From Tubiluchus corallicola (lineage: Eukaryota; Animalia; Priapulida), in assembly GCA_030141605.1 (NCBI GenBank), contig JAQGDQ010000263.1, forward strand, positions 182,793 through 246,792: 64,000 nucleotides of DNA. The letters are read 5' to 3'. The notes beneath the pieces were generated by a model, which was given only the letters and a program-made list of their open reading frames with translations, was not told where the DNA came from and ran no database searches. Position numbers and translations under genes: made by a program. Positions 13,483 to 28,359 of the stretch are shown here, piece after piece (position 1 is the first letter of the stretch; the number at the start of each line of letters is the position of its first letter).

Positions 13483-13656
13483 CTGAAAAAGATAAATAAC
13501 TGTAACATTTGTAGGTTATACGTGGCTTTACGAAAAAATATTTTATTTCAAATACAAAACGCACATCACACAAGATGTACCTGGTGCCATAAAAACCCTA
13601 AAATCAATGAAACAGTCCTTCCAAAAAAATCATGTATCAACATAACCTTGATAACG

Positions 13657-16451
13657 ATAAGAGTAATTTTCATGTAGATAATGTTGCTCTATGAGTCTGC
13701 ATCACCATCAACTGATACAGGAAAGGGGATTCCCGAAGAGTAATTTCCAGGTATATAATGTCGCTCTATGAGTCTGTGTCACCATCAACTGATATAGGAA
13801 AGGGGATTCCCGAAGAGTAATTTTCATGTAGATAATGTCGCTCTATGAGTCTGTGTCACCATCAACTGATATAGTAAAGGGGATTCCCGAAAAGTAATTT
13901 CCAGGTATATAATGTTGCTCTATGAGACTGAATCACCATCAACTGATATAGGAAAGGGGATTCCCGAAGCGTAATTTCCAGGTATATAATGTTGCTCTAT
14001 GAGTCTGCGTCACCATCAACTGATATAGTAAAGGGGATTCCCGAAGAGTAATTTCCAGGTATATAATGTCGCTCTATGAGTCTGCGTCACCATCAACTGA
14101 TATAGGAAAGGGGATTCCCGAAGAGTAATTTCCAGGTATGTAATGTTGCTCTATGAGTCTGCATCACCATCAACTGATATAGGAAAGGGGATTCCCGAAG
14201 AGTAATTTCAGGTATGTAATGTTGCTCTACGAGTCCGAGTCACTGTCAACTGATTTAGGAAAGGGGATTCCCGAAGAGTAATTTCCAGGTATATAATGTT
14301 AGAAAGGGGATTCCCGAAGAGTAATTTCCAGGTATATAATGTTGCTCTATGAGTCTGAATCACCATCAACTGATATAGTAAGGGGATTCCCGAAGAGTAA
14401 TTTCCAGGTATTAATGTTGCTCTATGAGTCTGGTCATCATCAACTGATATAGAAGGGGATTCCCGAAGAGTAATTTCCAGGTATATAATGTTGCTCTATG
14501 AGTCTGTCACATCAACTGATATAGAAGGGGATTCCCGAAGAGTAATTTCCAGGTATATAATGTTGCTCTATGAGTCTGGTCACATCAACTGATATAGTAA
14601 CGGGGATTCCCGAAGAGTAATTTCCAGGTATATAATGTTGCTCTATGAGTCTGCGTCATCATCAACTGATATAGTAACGGGGATTCCCGAAGAGTAATTT
14701 CCAGGTATATAATGTTGCTCTATGAGTCTGCGTCATCATCAACTGATATAGTAAAGGGGATTCCCGAAGAGTAATTTCCAGGTATATAATGTTGCTCTAT
14801 GAGTCTGTGTCATCATCAACTGATATAGGAAAGGGGATTCCCGAAGAGTAATTTCCAGGTATATAATGTTGCTCTATGAGTCTGATCACCATCAACTGAT
14901 ATAGAAAGGGGATTCCCGAAGAGTAATTCAGGTAAATGTGCTCTATGAGTCTGGTCACATCAACTGATATAGGAAGGGATTCCCGAAGAGTAATTTCAGG
15001 TATATAATGTGCTCTAGAGTCTGTCACATCAACTGATATAGAAGGATTCCCAAAACCACACAACAAAAAACAAAAACCAAAAACCAACCACCAACAAAAA
15101 ACCGAAGAGTAATTTCCAGGTATATAATGTGCTCTATGAGTCTGTGTCATCATCAACTGATATAGGAAAGGGGATTCCCGAAGAGTAATTTCCAGGTATA
15201 TAATGTTGCTCTATGAGTCTGCGTCATCATCAACTGATATAGGAAAGGGGATTCCCGAAGAGTAATTTCCAGGTATATAATGTTGCTCTATGAGTCTGAA
15301 TCACCATCAACTGATATAGTAAAGGGGATTCCCGAAGAGTAATTTCCAGGTATATAATGTGCTCTATGAGTCTGAATCACCATCAACTGATATAGTAACG
15401 GGGATTCCCGAAGAGTAATTTCCAGGTATATAATGTTGCTCTATGAGTCTGCGTCATCATCAACTGATATAGTAACGGGGATTCCCGAAGAGTAATTTCC
15501 AGGTATATAATGTTGCTCTATGAGTCTGCCACACAACAAAAAAACAAAAACCGTCACCATCAACTGATATAGTAAAGGGGATTCCCGAAGAGTAATTTCC
15601 AGGTATATAATGTTGCTCTATGAGTCTGAGTCACCATCAACTGATATAGTAAAGGGGATTCCCGAAGAGTAATTTCCAGGTATATAATGTTGCTCTATGA
15701 GTCTGCGTCACCATCAACTGATATAGTAAAGGGGATTCCCGAAGAGTAATTTCCAGGTATATAATGTTGCTCTATGAGTCTGCGTCACCATCAACTGATT
15801 TAGGAAAGGGGATTCCCGAAAAGTAATTTCCAGGTATATAATGTGCTCTATGAGTCTGCGTCACCATTAACTGATATAGGAAAGGGGATCCCCGAAGAGT
15901 AATTCCAGGTATGTAATGTTGCTCTATGAGTTTGAGTCACCATCAACTGATTTAGGAAAGGGGATTCCCGAAAAGTAATTTCCAGGTATATAATGTTGCT
16001 CTATGAGTCTGCCACCACAACTGATATAGGAAAGGGGATCCCCGAAAGTAATTCCAGGTATTAATGTTGCTCTATGAGTTGAGTCACCATCAACTGATTT
16101 AGGAAAGGGGATTCCCGAAAAGTAATTTCCAGGTATGTAATGCTCCTCTATGAGTCTGTGTCATCATCAACTGATATAGGAAAGGGGATTCCCAAAGAGT
16201 AATTTCCAGGTATATAATGTTGCTCTATGAGTCTGAGTCACCGTCAACTGATATAGGAAAGGGGATTCCGGAAGAATAATTTCCAGGTATGTAATGCTCC
16301 TCTATGAGTCTGTGTCATCATCAACTGATATAGGAAAGAGGATTCCCGAAGAACACCACACAACAAAAAACCCAAATAATTTCCAGGTATATAATGTTGC
16401 TCTATAAGTCTGCGTCACCATCAACTGATATAGTAAAGGGGATTCCCGAAG
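13657..16451. repeat. 77-bp satellite, ~36 copies
   Basis: gaagagtaatttccaggtatataatgttgctctatgagtctgcgtcaccatcaactgatataggaaaggggattccc. Confidence 0.95.
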
Positions 16452-16596
16452 CTGAACAAAAGTTAATTGTAAAACTCCTTAAAATTTCTGAAGCTACTTA
16501 TGAAATTACTAAACCAGGTTGTTGTAACTGCAGCAAAGCAAATAATGAAATAAAAATGAGTGATTACTATCGATACTAACAAATGCTATCAAAGAA

Positions 16597-17054
16597 GGCT
16601 GGCAGTACGGCACGGCACGGTATGGCACGGCACGGCACGGTATGGCATGGTACTGCACAGCACGGCAAGTCACGGCATGACACGGCACGGTACGAAATTG
16701 GGATACGGTGCGAAAAAAGCTCTTAAAAGTGCGGTATTTTTTTCACCGTACCTTTTCTGTACCTTTATCGTACCTTTTGCGTATAATTTTACTCAGCTTC
16801 TTGTAACGTTTTTATTGGTCAGCAAATCAGTAAGAGGACTTGCTTAGCCTCTTGGGTGGGCACTTATTGTTCTCCCCTAATTAACACAGAACACACGCTA
16901 AAATAAAACGGCTAGATAGGTCCGCTTTGGATGCAAAAGCGCCAACTTGCTTAGAGAACAATTTTGTAAGTACGGTACGGAATTACGGAACGGTGTTTTT
17001 TAGAGGTACAAAGTACAGTATTTTTTCGTACCGTACCGTACCGTACTGCCAGGC
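16597..17054. mobile_element. MITE with pentamer-rich termini (possibly PIF/Harbinger-like)
   Basis: TIR CTGGCAGTACGG/CCGTACTGCCAG with (GGCAC)n and (GTACC)n subterminal repeats. Confidence 0.6.
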
Positions 17055-17784
17055 TTGCTACCAAGCATTAGACTGTTTTTACACTTGGAAGATTATGGCT
17101 TGCTACTAAGCATTAGACTGTTTTTACACTTGGAAGATTATGATTTTCATAAATTGATATTTCTCTGTTTTATCGGGCGGTGTATTTCAAGGCAAAAATT
17201 AATGTAAATATTACAATGGACAATTACAGAATAAGAATCTTGAAGACGTTGTCAATAATAAGACTAGCCTATCAAACTTGAAAGTAAAATTACACTACCG
17301 CTTGCATAGATGCTGTATTGTATACAGAGCTGCTCCATAGAACCAGTAATGAGTCTTTACTGCATGAAAATGCACTTTATAGATTACTGTACGCGTTAAA
17401 TTATAGTAATATTGCAAATTTATTCGATCTAGAATTAATGACAATTGGAAATTTCATTTACGACTGTATGCATTGATTTTTGAATTAAATAGTGCAGCTT
17501 TGTTAGCGGACATATAACCGCATCACTGTGATTATCATATAGGTAAAATATTTGTTCATCACATGTGTACAAATGCTTAGTAAATAGTTTTTTTCGCTTC
17601 ATAGAGTTTACAACTAAATTTGTATATCTGTCCTTGATCTGTCCATATACCTTGTGCAGCTATGTTGAGTCAAATTGTTAGTATTATCTAGAAATCATTA
17701 CCCGAGCTCTGCCCACTGATAAAACCATCGGGTATGCGTCGAGTTTGTAATTTCGTGTTAAAAATTTGATTTTCAGAAATAAAA

Positions 17785-17785
<1 letters not shown>

Positions 17786-17873
<88 letters not shown>

Positions 17874-17882
17874 CTATCTATC

Positions 17883-17966
<84 letters not shown>
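17786..17966. repeat. (TATC)n microsatellite
   Basis: Directly visible. Confidence 0.97.
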
Positions 17967-17967
<1 letters not shown>

Positions 17968-20889
17968 ATGTCGAATATAGTCGATGTGCCAGTATCAGAT
18001 GTGTTCAGTAATATTTTAGAGTTATTAATTTTCTTAAACAACGTGTTCTACTTTTTTAATCATAATCATTATTATGGAAGTAATAACGCATATCAAAATA
18101 CAGAAACGTATTTCTGCGTCAAACTGCGGGTAAAAAACTAGGTAAAAAACTAGGTGGCCTTCGATGATTTTAGACCATGTTTTGAAATGTGATGTATCAA
18201 TCCAGTAATAAATTAGTTTGGTTTAATTTTGAACGTTGCGTCAGTAGACAATGGGTCTCATTACTAAGTGATATTATCGGTTGGTTTGATAAAGGGTAAA
18301 AACAAAAAGTTGTTGGTAAATTTTTCTCACTAAAATATGGACATACAAATAATCATTATTAGTATAGATACGTGAAATCAATGTACGATAAAAATTTAAT
18401 GAATACATTTCAATTTTGAGTTCCTACGTAATAACGTTAGGACATTGTGGCGCCATCTACATTCATGAGCAAAATCCAATTTCGGTTTTTTAAACATCAC
18501 TGGACAGTCTAAAGTCAGAATACCACACGCAAAGCTAACAAAACTGTAGGTAAGACTCTGCAGGGTGGATTACATGCATTTTCAAAACACTATAGTCGCA
18601 TCAGACGAGTAATTATGACAAATTTCGCATGAATTTGGGTCAACTCAAGCTTAGAACAAAACACCTGTCCAACGTGCTCAATGTGCAGTGCAGGTATATC
18701 TAAAGCGGCTGTCCTCGTAACCCAGTATCACGAGCGTCTTGCCTATTTTAAGATCTCAGAAAAATCTCAAGATTTTAAAACTCAAAGGCGGCGAGTTTTC
18801 ACCCGAGGTAAAATACATCGTGTTCAAAAGCTTAGCTGATTCTGCGTAGTGAGATTACGTGAAATTTAGCCACTTCATACAAGTGCATGATGAGAAGCTT
18901 TACAATTCAGTGATTCTCAAACAGGAGACATTCGGCTCACGGGGGAGAATTTCAAATAAAGAGAAAGGAATCTTTCCTTAGCGGAGAAATTCTAGAAGAG
19001 TTTACCTGGGAAGAAAAACAACGCACTCTTGCACAGCTGAGATAGATTGCATTAGATTAACTTAGATTAGATTTATGTTACAAATACGAATTTTATAAAT
19101 CCATTAAAATAAGAATTCTGTTGTAGTCATGCCCATTTGCATGATTAGCGTCATTAGACCCACTGAAAAGTAATGGTGAAAGTTAATGATGCCACGCACC
19201 CTAGCGCCACCTTTTTCCAGTTTAATAAAAATGTTTACAACGAATTTCAGAAAAAGAAATAAAATAAGAAAGGGAAAGAGAAGTGTTGTGTATTTTGAAG
19301 AAAATAAAAGAAGAAAGAATTGTATGTGGGTATTTTGAAGAAAATAATAGAAGAAAGAAAAGTATGTATGTATTTTGAAGAAAATAAAAGAAGAAAGAAA
19401 AGAAGAAAGAAAAAAATTTCTATTTGAATACACACATATTTTTCTTTCTTCTACGCACACATTTTTCTTCTTTTATTTCTTCTTCGTATAACTTTTTTAA
19501 ATTTATCTCCTAGGCGTGTGTTAAACCATAAAAGGTATGGAAAAGCATACAATTAAAATTTATTATTCGTAGGCAAAAGGCTACCAATAACTTATATAAA
19601 TTAAAAACGATTAAATAAATTAGATTACAAATGTTTAAAAGTGTGTCGAATATAAAACTCTCGAGGTTACGCTTGGAGACAATTTTGCTTTACAGTAAAA
19701 AATATCTGTACGAATAGTAAAATATTTGGTTAAAGTTTATTTATTCTTGTGGTTAAAGTTGCTTGCTGATTATTTTTGTTTATTGTGTGGCGTGTGAGGT
19801 AGCCACGATGGGCATGGCAAACTATCAAGACTTTATTCAATAAACTACACATTTATTAAACAACAACCACAACATGGTAGATATAAGAGGATAGTAATGC
19901 CAGCCCTCTGTCTTCAAGTCAGTTCCTAATTTCCCCCGAGGTGCGAGCCTCAAAACACATTTGTCTAACTATCTAATGCGCCGTGAGCTTCTGCGCATAA
20001 GGATTACATCATCAATCTTTACTTCTGAGTCAGCCGGTCGAACATCAGCTGGACACGTGATGCCACACCTAACTAGGCTTCTATCCACGACGATAGTTTA
20101 ATCTTGCATCGTCAAGCATTTAATCTCGAATTATTAATTTAATAATTTATCACCAATTTAATCAAAATCATTATTTAACACAGCTTTCCATTACTCGAAT
20201 GAAATTTCCCTGCTTCCTGTATCGCCTGTTTTTTTTAGTTTAGTTCAGTTTATTCCAAAATGCCATAAATAATACATTGTTACATACATTACAGTCAAGA
20301 TATTACTACTGCAAAACGGAACAATAATTAAAGTTTTACCATTGAGATGTGGACACAGGCCAAGAAGATGGACTTGTACAGGACTGGGCAGAGGGCAACT
20401 CGGAGAGAAGTGGAAGGTACGAAATATTAAAATAAACGAGGAAATAGAAATAACAGGGTGATGGTGAGAATAATGACTGTGACAAGTGAATGAAGTGATG
20501 GTGAAAGTGAAGATTAGATTCACATGAACATATAGACCTAGAGAGAAGTAAATCAATTAGACTGCAAAAGTCAGTATGGAGTCATACCAGGAACAACGGC
20601 CATAGTACTTCTATACTTCTTAGGTCCATTTCACAGCGAGGACGCGAGGAAAAATAACGCACCGAACTGCTGTCAGAAAATCAGAAAATTTTCTGAAAAT
20701 GTCCGCCAGCAAGAAAGTTCATTTCATAGTGAAAACGCTCGTTCAGTTAACTGCAGCTACTTTGCGAGTTTTTTTATACTGTATAACAGTTTCATACGCT
20801 CAAGCAGTCCTACGCGTCCAGCGACTGCGTGCGTAAGAACTGCGTACAAATAAAACCACTATACAGAGGCAGAACTATAAAATGCAAAT

Positions 20890-21046
20890 CTACTGCTGCT
20901 GCTACTACTACTGCCGCTGCTGCTACTACTACCGCTGCTACTACCACCACTACTACCGCTACCGCCACCGCCACCGTCACCACCACCACCACCACCACCA
21001 TCACTACAACTACTGCTACCACTACTACTACTACTACTGCTACTAG

Positions 21047-21122
<76 letters not shown>

Positions 21123-21125
21123 ATA
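20890..21125. repeat. Compound (CTA/CCA/CTG)n trinucleotide repeat
   Basis: Directly visible. Confidence 0.95.
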
Positions 21126-21539
21126 CTAGATCTATCTAGTGGTTTGAATGATACGAAGTATTTATAAGTCAGTCAAAAAAGAATAGGACTGTTACTCTGT
21201 TCCTCAACTTATCAAAATGCAGTTTATTTGTGCAAACGCACATTTCTGGCGTGGCATTTTCGCGGAATTCTAAACCAGTGGGCGTCTTCCATGTTTAAGC
21301 CTGGTCACGTTTAGTCTTATTGTCTCCTAGCTATATGCTGTAATTACAGCAAAACCAACATTTTGAACCATGACAATACCGGCAAATCCCCTTAATTCAA
21401 GATTTCGAAATCGAGTTTGTAATCATAATCGATTTTTTTTCAATTTTTATTAGAAGACCTGACTATCTTAGATTAGATTTCTGTCTAATGATTATTCATA
21501 CCCATCTAGGAGTTTTCGGTTGTTAGTTCTCATAAATCC

Positions 21540-21741
21540 ATTGTATTGTATTGTATTGTATTGTATTGTATTGTATTGTATTGTATTGTATTGTATTGTA
21601 TTGTATTGTATTGTATTGTATTGTATTGTATTGTATTGTATTGTATTGTATTGTATTGTATTGAATTGCACTGCATTGCATTGCATTGCATTGCATTGTA
21701 TTGTACTGTATTGTAATGTATTGTATTGTATTGTACTGTAC
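21540..21741. repeat. (TTGTA)n pentanucleotide repeat
   Basis: Directly visible. Confidence 0.97.
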
Positions 21742-22689
21742 ATACAGAGTTTCAAAAGTTAAAAACTTGTATACATGCCTGTATTCTTATATGTTATATG
21801 ACCTATATATACACCTATATACTACTGCAAATTGCTATTTTTTTATCTTATGGCTCGCGGAACAAATGTGTGGAGACGAAAAACGATTAAAATTACGCAC
21901 TTTTAAAATTCACGATTGTCTTTTGAAAACTGGGACGCGTGCGCGGGGTCAATATTATGCACAGCTAACTGCCTAGACGAGTTAACATATGAACACTAAG
22001 CTATGATAACTATTATAACGTTGTGTTAACTGCCTGAGGTAGGTGTTGATGTGTTTATCATACAGATTGGTTTGCGCTTTTAGCGGAATATAATTGTGTC
22101 GCACCGTACGGTTTGTGACAAGTGAGAGAACTAGGCCTCGGTAATATAAAGGTAGTTTAGAAGAATAGGAGCGCCATGTTTTATTTGTGAGTCGTTCCGT
22201 TAACGCTCTATTGAATAACAATAAGGCGAAATTTCTTATCATTCTACTCACGATCAAAACAGAACTTACATACACTTCCTATGATAACTAATAATTTACA
22301 ATAATATCACTGTAACTAGCGAAAGTCTCGCAAAAACATTTTACCCAAAATTAGCATTAAGATGAAATCATTGTTGTGATCAGCAATGCGCGAACGTTTC
22401 GAGTACCTTGTTTACTATCCTTTGCCCACTTAGTGGTAGTACTAAACATACATATTTGCTTATATGAGTAGTAACTATATAGAATTTAGATGTATTGTTC
22501 TCATATACATTATACTACAATGACATACATACAACAAAATACAAAACTACAAAAAAGAGCTATTGCATTATAGCTATAGTAGACAAAAAACTCATAACAA
22601 ATAACAAATTTATATAATTTTAGTATAGATACAGGAAAAAATAATATTATCAACATTTACATGTTAGTACTACTTACTCTTTTTTTTAA

Positions 22690-22985
22690 AACACTTAAAA
22701 ATGTAATGGGCTACTAATTTGGCAATATCTCATTCGCCCCCCCCCCCCCCATTGTGAATCTTAGCTTTCATTATCGTGCAGGTTAATGAAATTGCTAGTG
22801 ATGTCAGAATAAAAAGATTGTCTTAACCGATTGTTGAAGGAGCAATGAAACAAAAAATGAATTTCCTCTTCTACTTGTTGGCTGTCACAGTGTTGACAGA
22901 TTCTCGTAGGAGGCTTCAAAGGGACTTTAGGTTGTTGGTGTCGTCCCTTTTCTATTAGTAAATTATGCGAATAAATATTGCAATT
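22690..22985 (-). mobile_element. LINE ORF2 C-terminal zinc-finger fragment
   Basis: HNLLIEKGRH...RICQHCDSQQVEEEIHFLFHC; second copy at 34105-34370. Confidence 0.8.
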
Positions 22986-25900
22986 ATGAGTCAATTATGC
23001 TGGATAGAATAGTCAAACACGTAGTCGTATTCAAAACTATACCATTCCTGTTTAGCCTGGCAAACGTCTCTTAAAAGTGAACGTATTTGTAAAAACATAA
23101 ACTTAAAATTTACAGAAAAGTAAGAAGAGAAATTAGTTAAAATAGTTACAAAAATGACAAACATTAAAAGTACATTAAAATTACATTCCAATGGGCAAAT
23201 TTTGGAGCATATAAAAACATCACTATTGTAAATTATATGTTTTAATAAACCCATTATAAGAGTTTAAAGCACGAGCTCTAAGATTATACTACGTACTTTT
23301 GAATGATTAATATCATTTTCTACACATATTGTAGAAAGTCCAGCCTACCACATCTACATTTGAAGAATTTTACCATAGCTGTGTAGTAAGCAGACTTTAG
23401 CTTATTAAAGTTATACGAGTAGCATTTCGTCCAGGGATTTGTACGTGTGAAAATTTGCCACGCATTCAAAGCTACGTGAGTGGTGAGCAGTTTGGGTCAA
23501 CCTGATTAATTTAAGATTCATCGTGACCACATGAAAAAAGGCTATTTCTTTCAGCACCCAATGATTAGTCATTATAACACAATTACAAAAGCACGTACGC
23601 TAATTATTATAATTATATCTTAACACGTTCTAATAAATATAATCGTTTTCGTCAAATTTTAAACACAGTCTGTGCACGTATACGGTGTACATAACAATTT
23701 AAAAACTAATGGCACCTTTTACTAGGATCTTTTATGAGCGGAAGTAGGAAATTTGGTATAATTGCAAGTATTTAGGCATCGTTTAACCCAAAAGTCAAAA
23801 GGGTTGGTTCAGCTACACGTGTTAAGAGTGTAGGCCTAGTGGCACGATCTATAAACAAACCTATTAAGGGTTGTTTGTTTCTCCATACTTTATCGTCGGT
23901 TGTTTGCCATGAGATTTTAAAATTTCTTGACCAAGATGTTCGTAATATTTCTTGCATTGTAGTTTCGTAACATGCTTGTATAATGTCAGAGACGGACAGA
24001 AAGCTCTAGACTCAGACCACAGCTCACCATCTTCCGACAAGTTTTCATTTTACTGTCGTGAAGAAATATATAATCAAATATCATTGAAATTTCACCGGAA
24101 ATGATATGTTATGTATTACATTCTCCTCCTAATGTGTCAAAAACCTCATGTCATTTCCGTCTGTTTAAACTTTCAAATTTAACTTCCATCGAAATTCTGG
24201 GCACTCTGAGATCCTGCTTATAAATCAAGTTTTTGTCGGGCTTCTTATCTATGGAATTCGGTGTGGTGTGTTTTTCCTGCTAATTATTGCAACAAGCTCG
24301 AGAAAGACATTTACAGATGCACCCTGTGACTACAAGACGGTTAAAAGAATCCTATTTTTCTGTACCTGCGCAACCCATAAGCGAATTTTAAAGCTCCATT
24401 GTAACGTTAATTTATATGTTAATCCAGTTCTTTGCTCATTGGCTGTGTTAAATAACCACACTAGTATAAGTATACTCGGCAGAAACCGTATTAGAGCACA
24501 CGTGAGCTACCATACTTATGCTTATAGACCTGTCGACATAATAGCGTACATTCTGTTCTGGACTTTGCATAAGTTTTGACAGTTAACGATATCAATGAAA
24601 TGTATTCACTACTAACAGTATCATGTATATACCAATGTAAATAGCACTACTTAACCTAATATATTACATGTAATGCAATCATTATGTGTGAATAAAGATA
24701 ATATATATTACCCCGAGTAGCTATTGGTTTTGCTATATAAAGAACTAATTCTTGCAAACTAGCCCTAGCAGTTATATGCACACTATATACAAACTGAACA
24801 AGGTTCACTGCAAAATAAATGAAGTAATGAAAGATTTTATAGTAAAGAGTAACCAATATTGCAAACTAAGACACCATAAAAACCGTTATGGTTGCTCCAG
24901 GGTAGAGGTTAGAAAACCAATCATTTCTCACAAAACTGTAGACCGAAACAAGCTATAAAAACTTTATTCTTGAAAAGGAAAATAGCTTAAACGCCTGAAT
25001 GCAATCCGTGAGTACAATACACACTTGTCAGCTAGAACAGCCGTTAACAAGCGACAAAAGAATAAATTTCAACAGTTTTTTACTTCTTGAAAGTCATATT
25101 AAATTTGGTATATTCAGACCAGAGGGGTAGTTAGCAAGATGGGTTTACAATATACAACCTAGTTACATTTAATATGTGGTGATACCTCTTTAATGTATCT
25201 AAACTGTATCATTTAATTGTTGGCATAGAAACGGACTCACGGTATATGCATCAAAGCAAATAGTGTCACTGTATCTACTGCAGTTATTAGCTCACATTTT
25301 CGACAAATTTGTCATAGTGACGCCATTCTTAAAACTAATCTTGACCTACTGACTTGTTCAATTTATTGTAAATTTCTAACTGCTTTTCGAAATACTCGTG
25401 AACGCTTTTAAGCTATTATATAGATTATTATGACAATGTCGTAGATCTGATGCAGATAAGTGTGACGAGAGACAAGAATTACTCATCTATTGCTAACAAT
25501 AAGCCTTTTCACAGGCAATTTCGTTGTGCGCAGGCGCAGTTGCTGTAGGTCATAGTTATGCATCTTAACTGCAACCGTCATGTGACATGTGGGTAAAGCA
25601 AAACCGACTGCTGCATCAGTTCAGAAACTTCAGTTGCGTGAATTTTACTTAATTATGCACTAGTCTGTGTGTAGAGTGACTTACTAGCAGGATCTTGGCT
25701 TGGGAACAAGAAAAAATGAAGTAGGTAAGGTTCTAGCTTGCTGTTAAAACTGTTACCATTACAATAGCATGGGCTGCGAGGCGTTGTCAAGTGTACACAA
25801 ATGTATTGTCTGGTACACTTAACCTTTGACCTTTGCGCGATCATCATAACCTGGAACTGTGAAAAAGCTTATTCATATATAACTGTGTTTCACTCAAGAT

Positions 25901-26039
25901 CTTTACTTCAGTTAAAATTTCTGTGTAAAACTAACTCGCTAAATTGGTAAATTTTTGCACCAAACGAGCAGTTCTCATCCGGCCAATCACTGTGACGGTT
26001 GACTGGATGGGAGTTAGCAGGTCATTAAACGATTCAAAT

Positions 26040-27148
26040 GGATAACATTGTCTCAGGACAGACTCAGACAATCATTGGATAACATTGTCTCAGGACAGAC
26101 TTAGACAATCATTGGATAACATTGTCTCAGGACAGACTCTGACAATCATTGGATAACATTGTCTCAGGACATACTCAGACAATCATTGGATAACATTGTC
26201 TCAGGACAGACTCTGACAATCATTGGATAACATTGTCCCAGGACAGACTCAGACAATCATTGGATAACATTGTCTCAGGATAGACTCAGACAATCATTGG
26301 ATAACATTGTCTCAGGACAGACTCAGACAATCATTGGATAACATTGTCTCAGGACAGACTCTGACAATCATTGGATAACATTGTCCCAGGACAGACTCAG
26401 ACAATCATTGGATAACATTGTCTCAGGACAGACTCAGACAATCATTGGATAACATTGTCTCAGGACAGACTCTGACAATCATTGGATAACATTGTCCCAG
26501 GACAGACTCAGACAATCATTGGATAACATTGTCTCAGGACAGACTCAGACAATCATTGGATAACATTGTCTCAGGACAGACTCTGACAATCATTGGATAA
26601 CATTGTCTCAGGACAGACTCTGACAATCATTGGATAACATTGTCTCAGGACAGACTCAGACAATCATTGGATAACATTGTCTCAGGACAGACTCTGACAA
26701 TCATTGGATAACATTGTCTCAGGACAGACTCTGACAATCATTGGATAACATTGTCTCAGGACAGACTCAGACAATCATTGGATAACATTGTCTCAGGACA
26801 GACTCAGACAACCATTGGATAACATTGTCTCAGGACAGACTCAGACAACCATTGGATAACATTGTCTCAGGACAGACTCTGATAATCATTGGATAACATT
26901 GTCTCAGGACAGACTCTGACAATCATTGGATAACATTGTCTCAGGACAGACGCTGACAATCATTGGATAACATTGTCTCAGAACAGACTCAGACAATAAA
27001 TGGATAACATTGTCTCAGGACAGACTCAGACAATCATTGGATAACATTGTCTCAGGACAGACTCTGACAATCATTGGATAACATTGTCTCAGGACAGACT
27101 CAGACAATCATTGGATAACATTGTCTCAGGACAGACTCAGACAATCAT
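26040..27148. repeat. 37-bp minisatellite, ~30 highly homogeneous copies
   Basis: ggataacattgtctcaggacagactcagacaatcatt; internal inverted repeat ATTGTCT/AGACAAT. Confidence 0.95.
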
Positions 27149-28359
27149 TTTTCCCTCTAGCGGCTGCGCAGTTCGTGGTTTCCATGCAAAAGTAAAAAGT
27201 TCTTTATCATTTATTGTTAGAAGTTGAGAATCTCTAAGAATCAAAACGTCGAAAGAACAAGATCCTGAGTAAAATGTTGGTGCTTGGTGCAACTTTGTTG
27301 GTTTTATTGGTGTCAACTTTTTTGATCATTTGTTGCTGTTGTTGTTGTTGTTGTTGTTGTTGCTGTGGCTGTGGCTGTCGTTTTTATTGTTGCTGTGGCT
27401 GTCGTTTTTATTGTTGTTGTCGTTGTTGCTGTCGTCATCATCATCATCATTATCATCATATTAGCCGGTGTAAAAGCCATTAATTACATCTGTTGGCTGG
27501 AAAAGGTTTTGAATCATCACTTTATGATAATCATCAAGAATGCTATTGCGTTAATCACGATCAAATGGTGAAATCATTAAATCATGTCAAACTGTGACAG
27601 ACAAAATAAATTATGATCAAAACTCTGATTGACGATGATGGCTTTAACACTGCATAGTCAATAAATTTAAATTACTCTTCTAACAATAGGAGAATAGTTT
27701 CAACTTCGGCTGAGGAAATACAATGAGTTCTATAATGATAATAATAATAATGATGACAATAATAATAGGACATTTTTGCTTTTAATGGATCAGGCATTGT
27801 CGGCTGTGCCCAACAATTTTCTGCCTGACTTGCAGATATGACTGTGTGGTCAGCGATATGGAGTAGAGAACCTATGCAAAAGAGAGGCACACCAACAATG
27901 ACCTATCCATGCAACCTGACAAAATCTAACGTTAATTTATACATATTACTGCTCGCACAGCTGTTGTACCTAGATAATTTTACGTTCGAACAAAAGTTGT
28001 TCTTTTAATCCGAACAAAGTTGTATCGCCAGGTTAATTACTGGGCAGAAAGGATGGATACGCCATCGTCGATATTCCACGTAAGAGTAACTACACAAGCA
28101 CCACTGACACCATTATGTACACGCTTTTGTCCCGAAGTGTCGTGAATGACCACAGAAATTATTATCACTACATCTATGGGCTTGCGATCAGATATCGCGA
28201 CCTCTGTGAAAGCTAACTCAAAAGGTTAATGGAAGAATTAAAATTGAAATGCTGATAACTGCTGACAGTGAAATGCTAAAAATCTTAAGTACTAGTGTAT
28301 GTCGAAGTCTGGGTCATTATTGTCCCACCTGACGCAGCGAAGTTTCAAATAATTTGAAA

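Noticed and set aside
15051-16375. A/C-only insertions within the 77-bp array (15051-15102, 15530-15552, 16352-16375)
   Set aside because: Low-complexity bursts plus many single-base deletions nearby are typical of unpolished long-read consensus errors; similar sequence at about 38.6 kb
10340-16451. Hammerhead ribozymes in satellite units (CTGATGA / CTGAT...GAA)
   Set aside because: No properly placed GAAA plus stems; the 77-bp unit has CTGATAT; the 97-bp unit is explained by RTE coding origin
19785-20085. Possible LTR-retrotransposon end (minus-strand ...ILMRRSSRRIR*, purine tract, AATAAA, ...ACA)
   Set aside because: No second LTR, integrase core or TSD identifiable; too weak to call
26040-27148. 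CRISPR-like appearance (37-bp palindromic repeat)
   Set aside because: Units are head-to-tail with no spacers, there are no cas genes, and the context is eukaryotic
23772-27915. Exon-like minus-strand segments (about 23772-23848, 25757-25856, 27770-27870)
   Set aside because: Plausible acceptors, but no recognisable protein similarity and not needed for the DH reading frame
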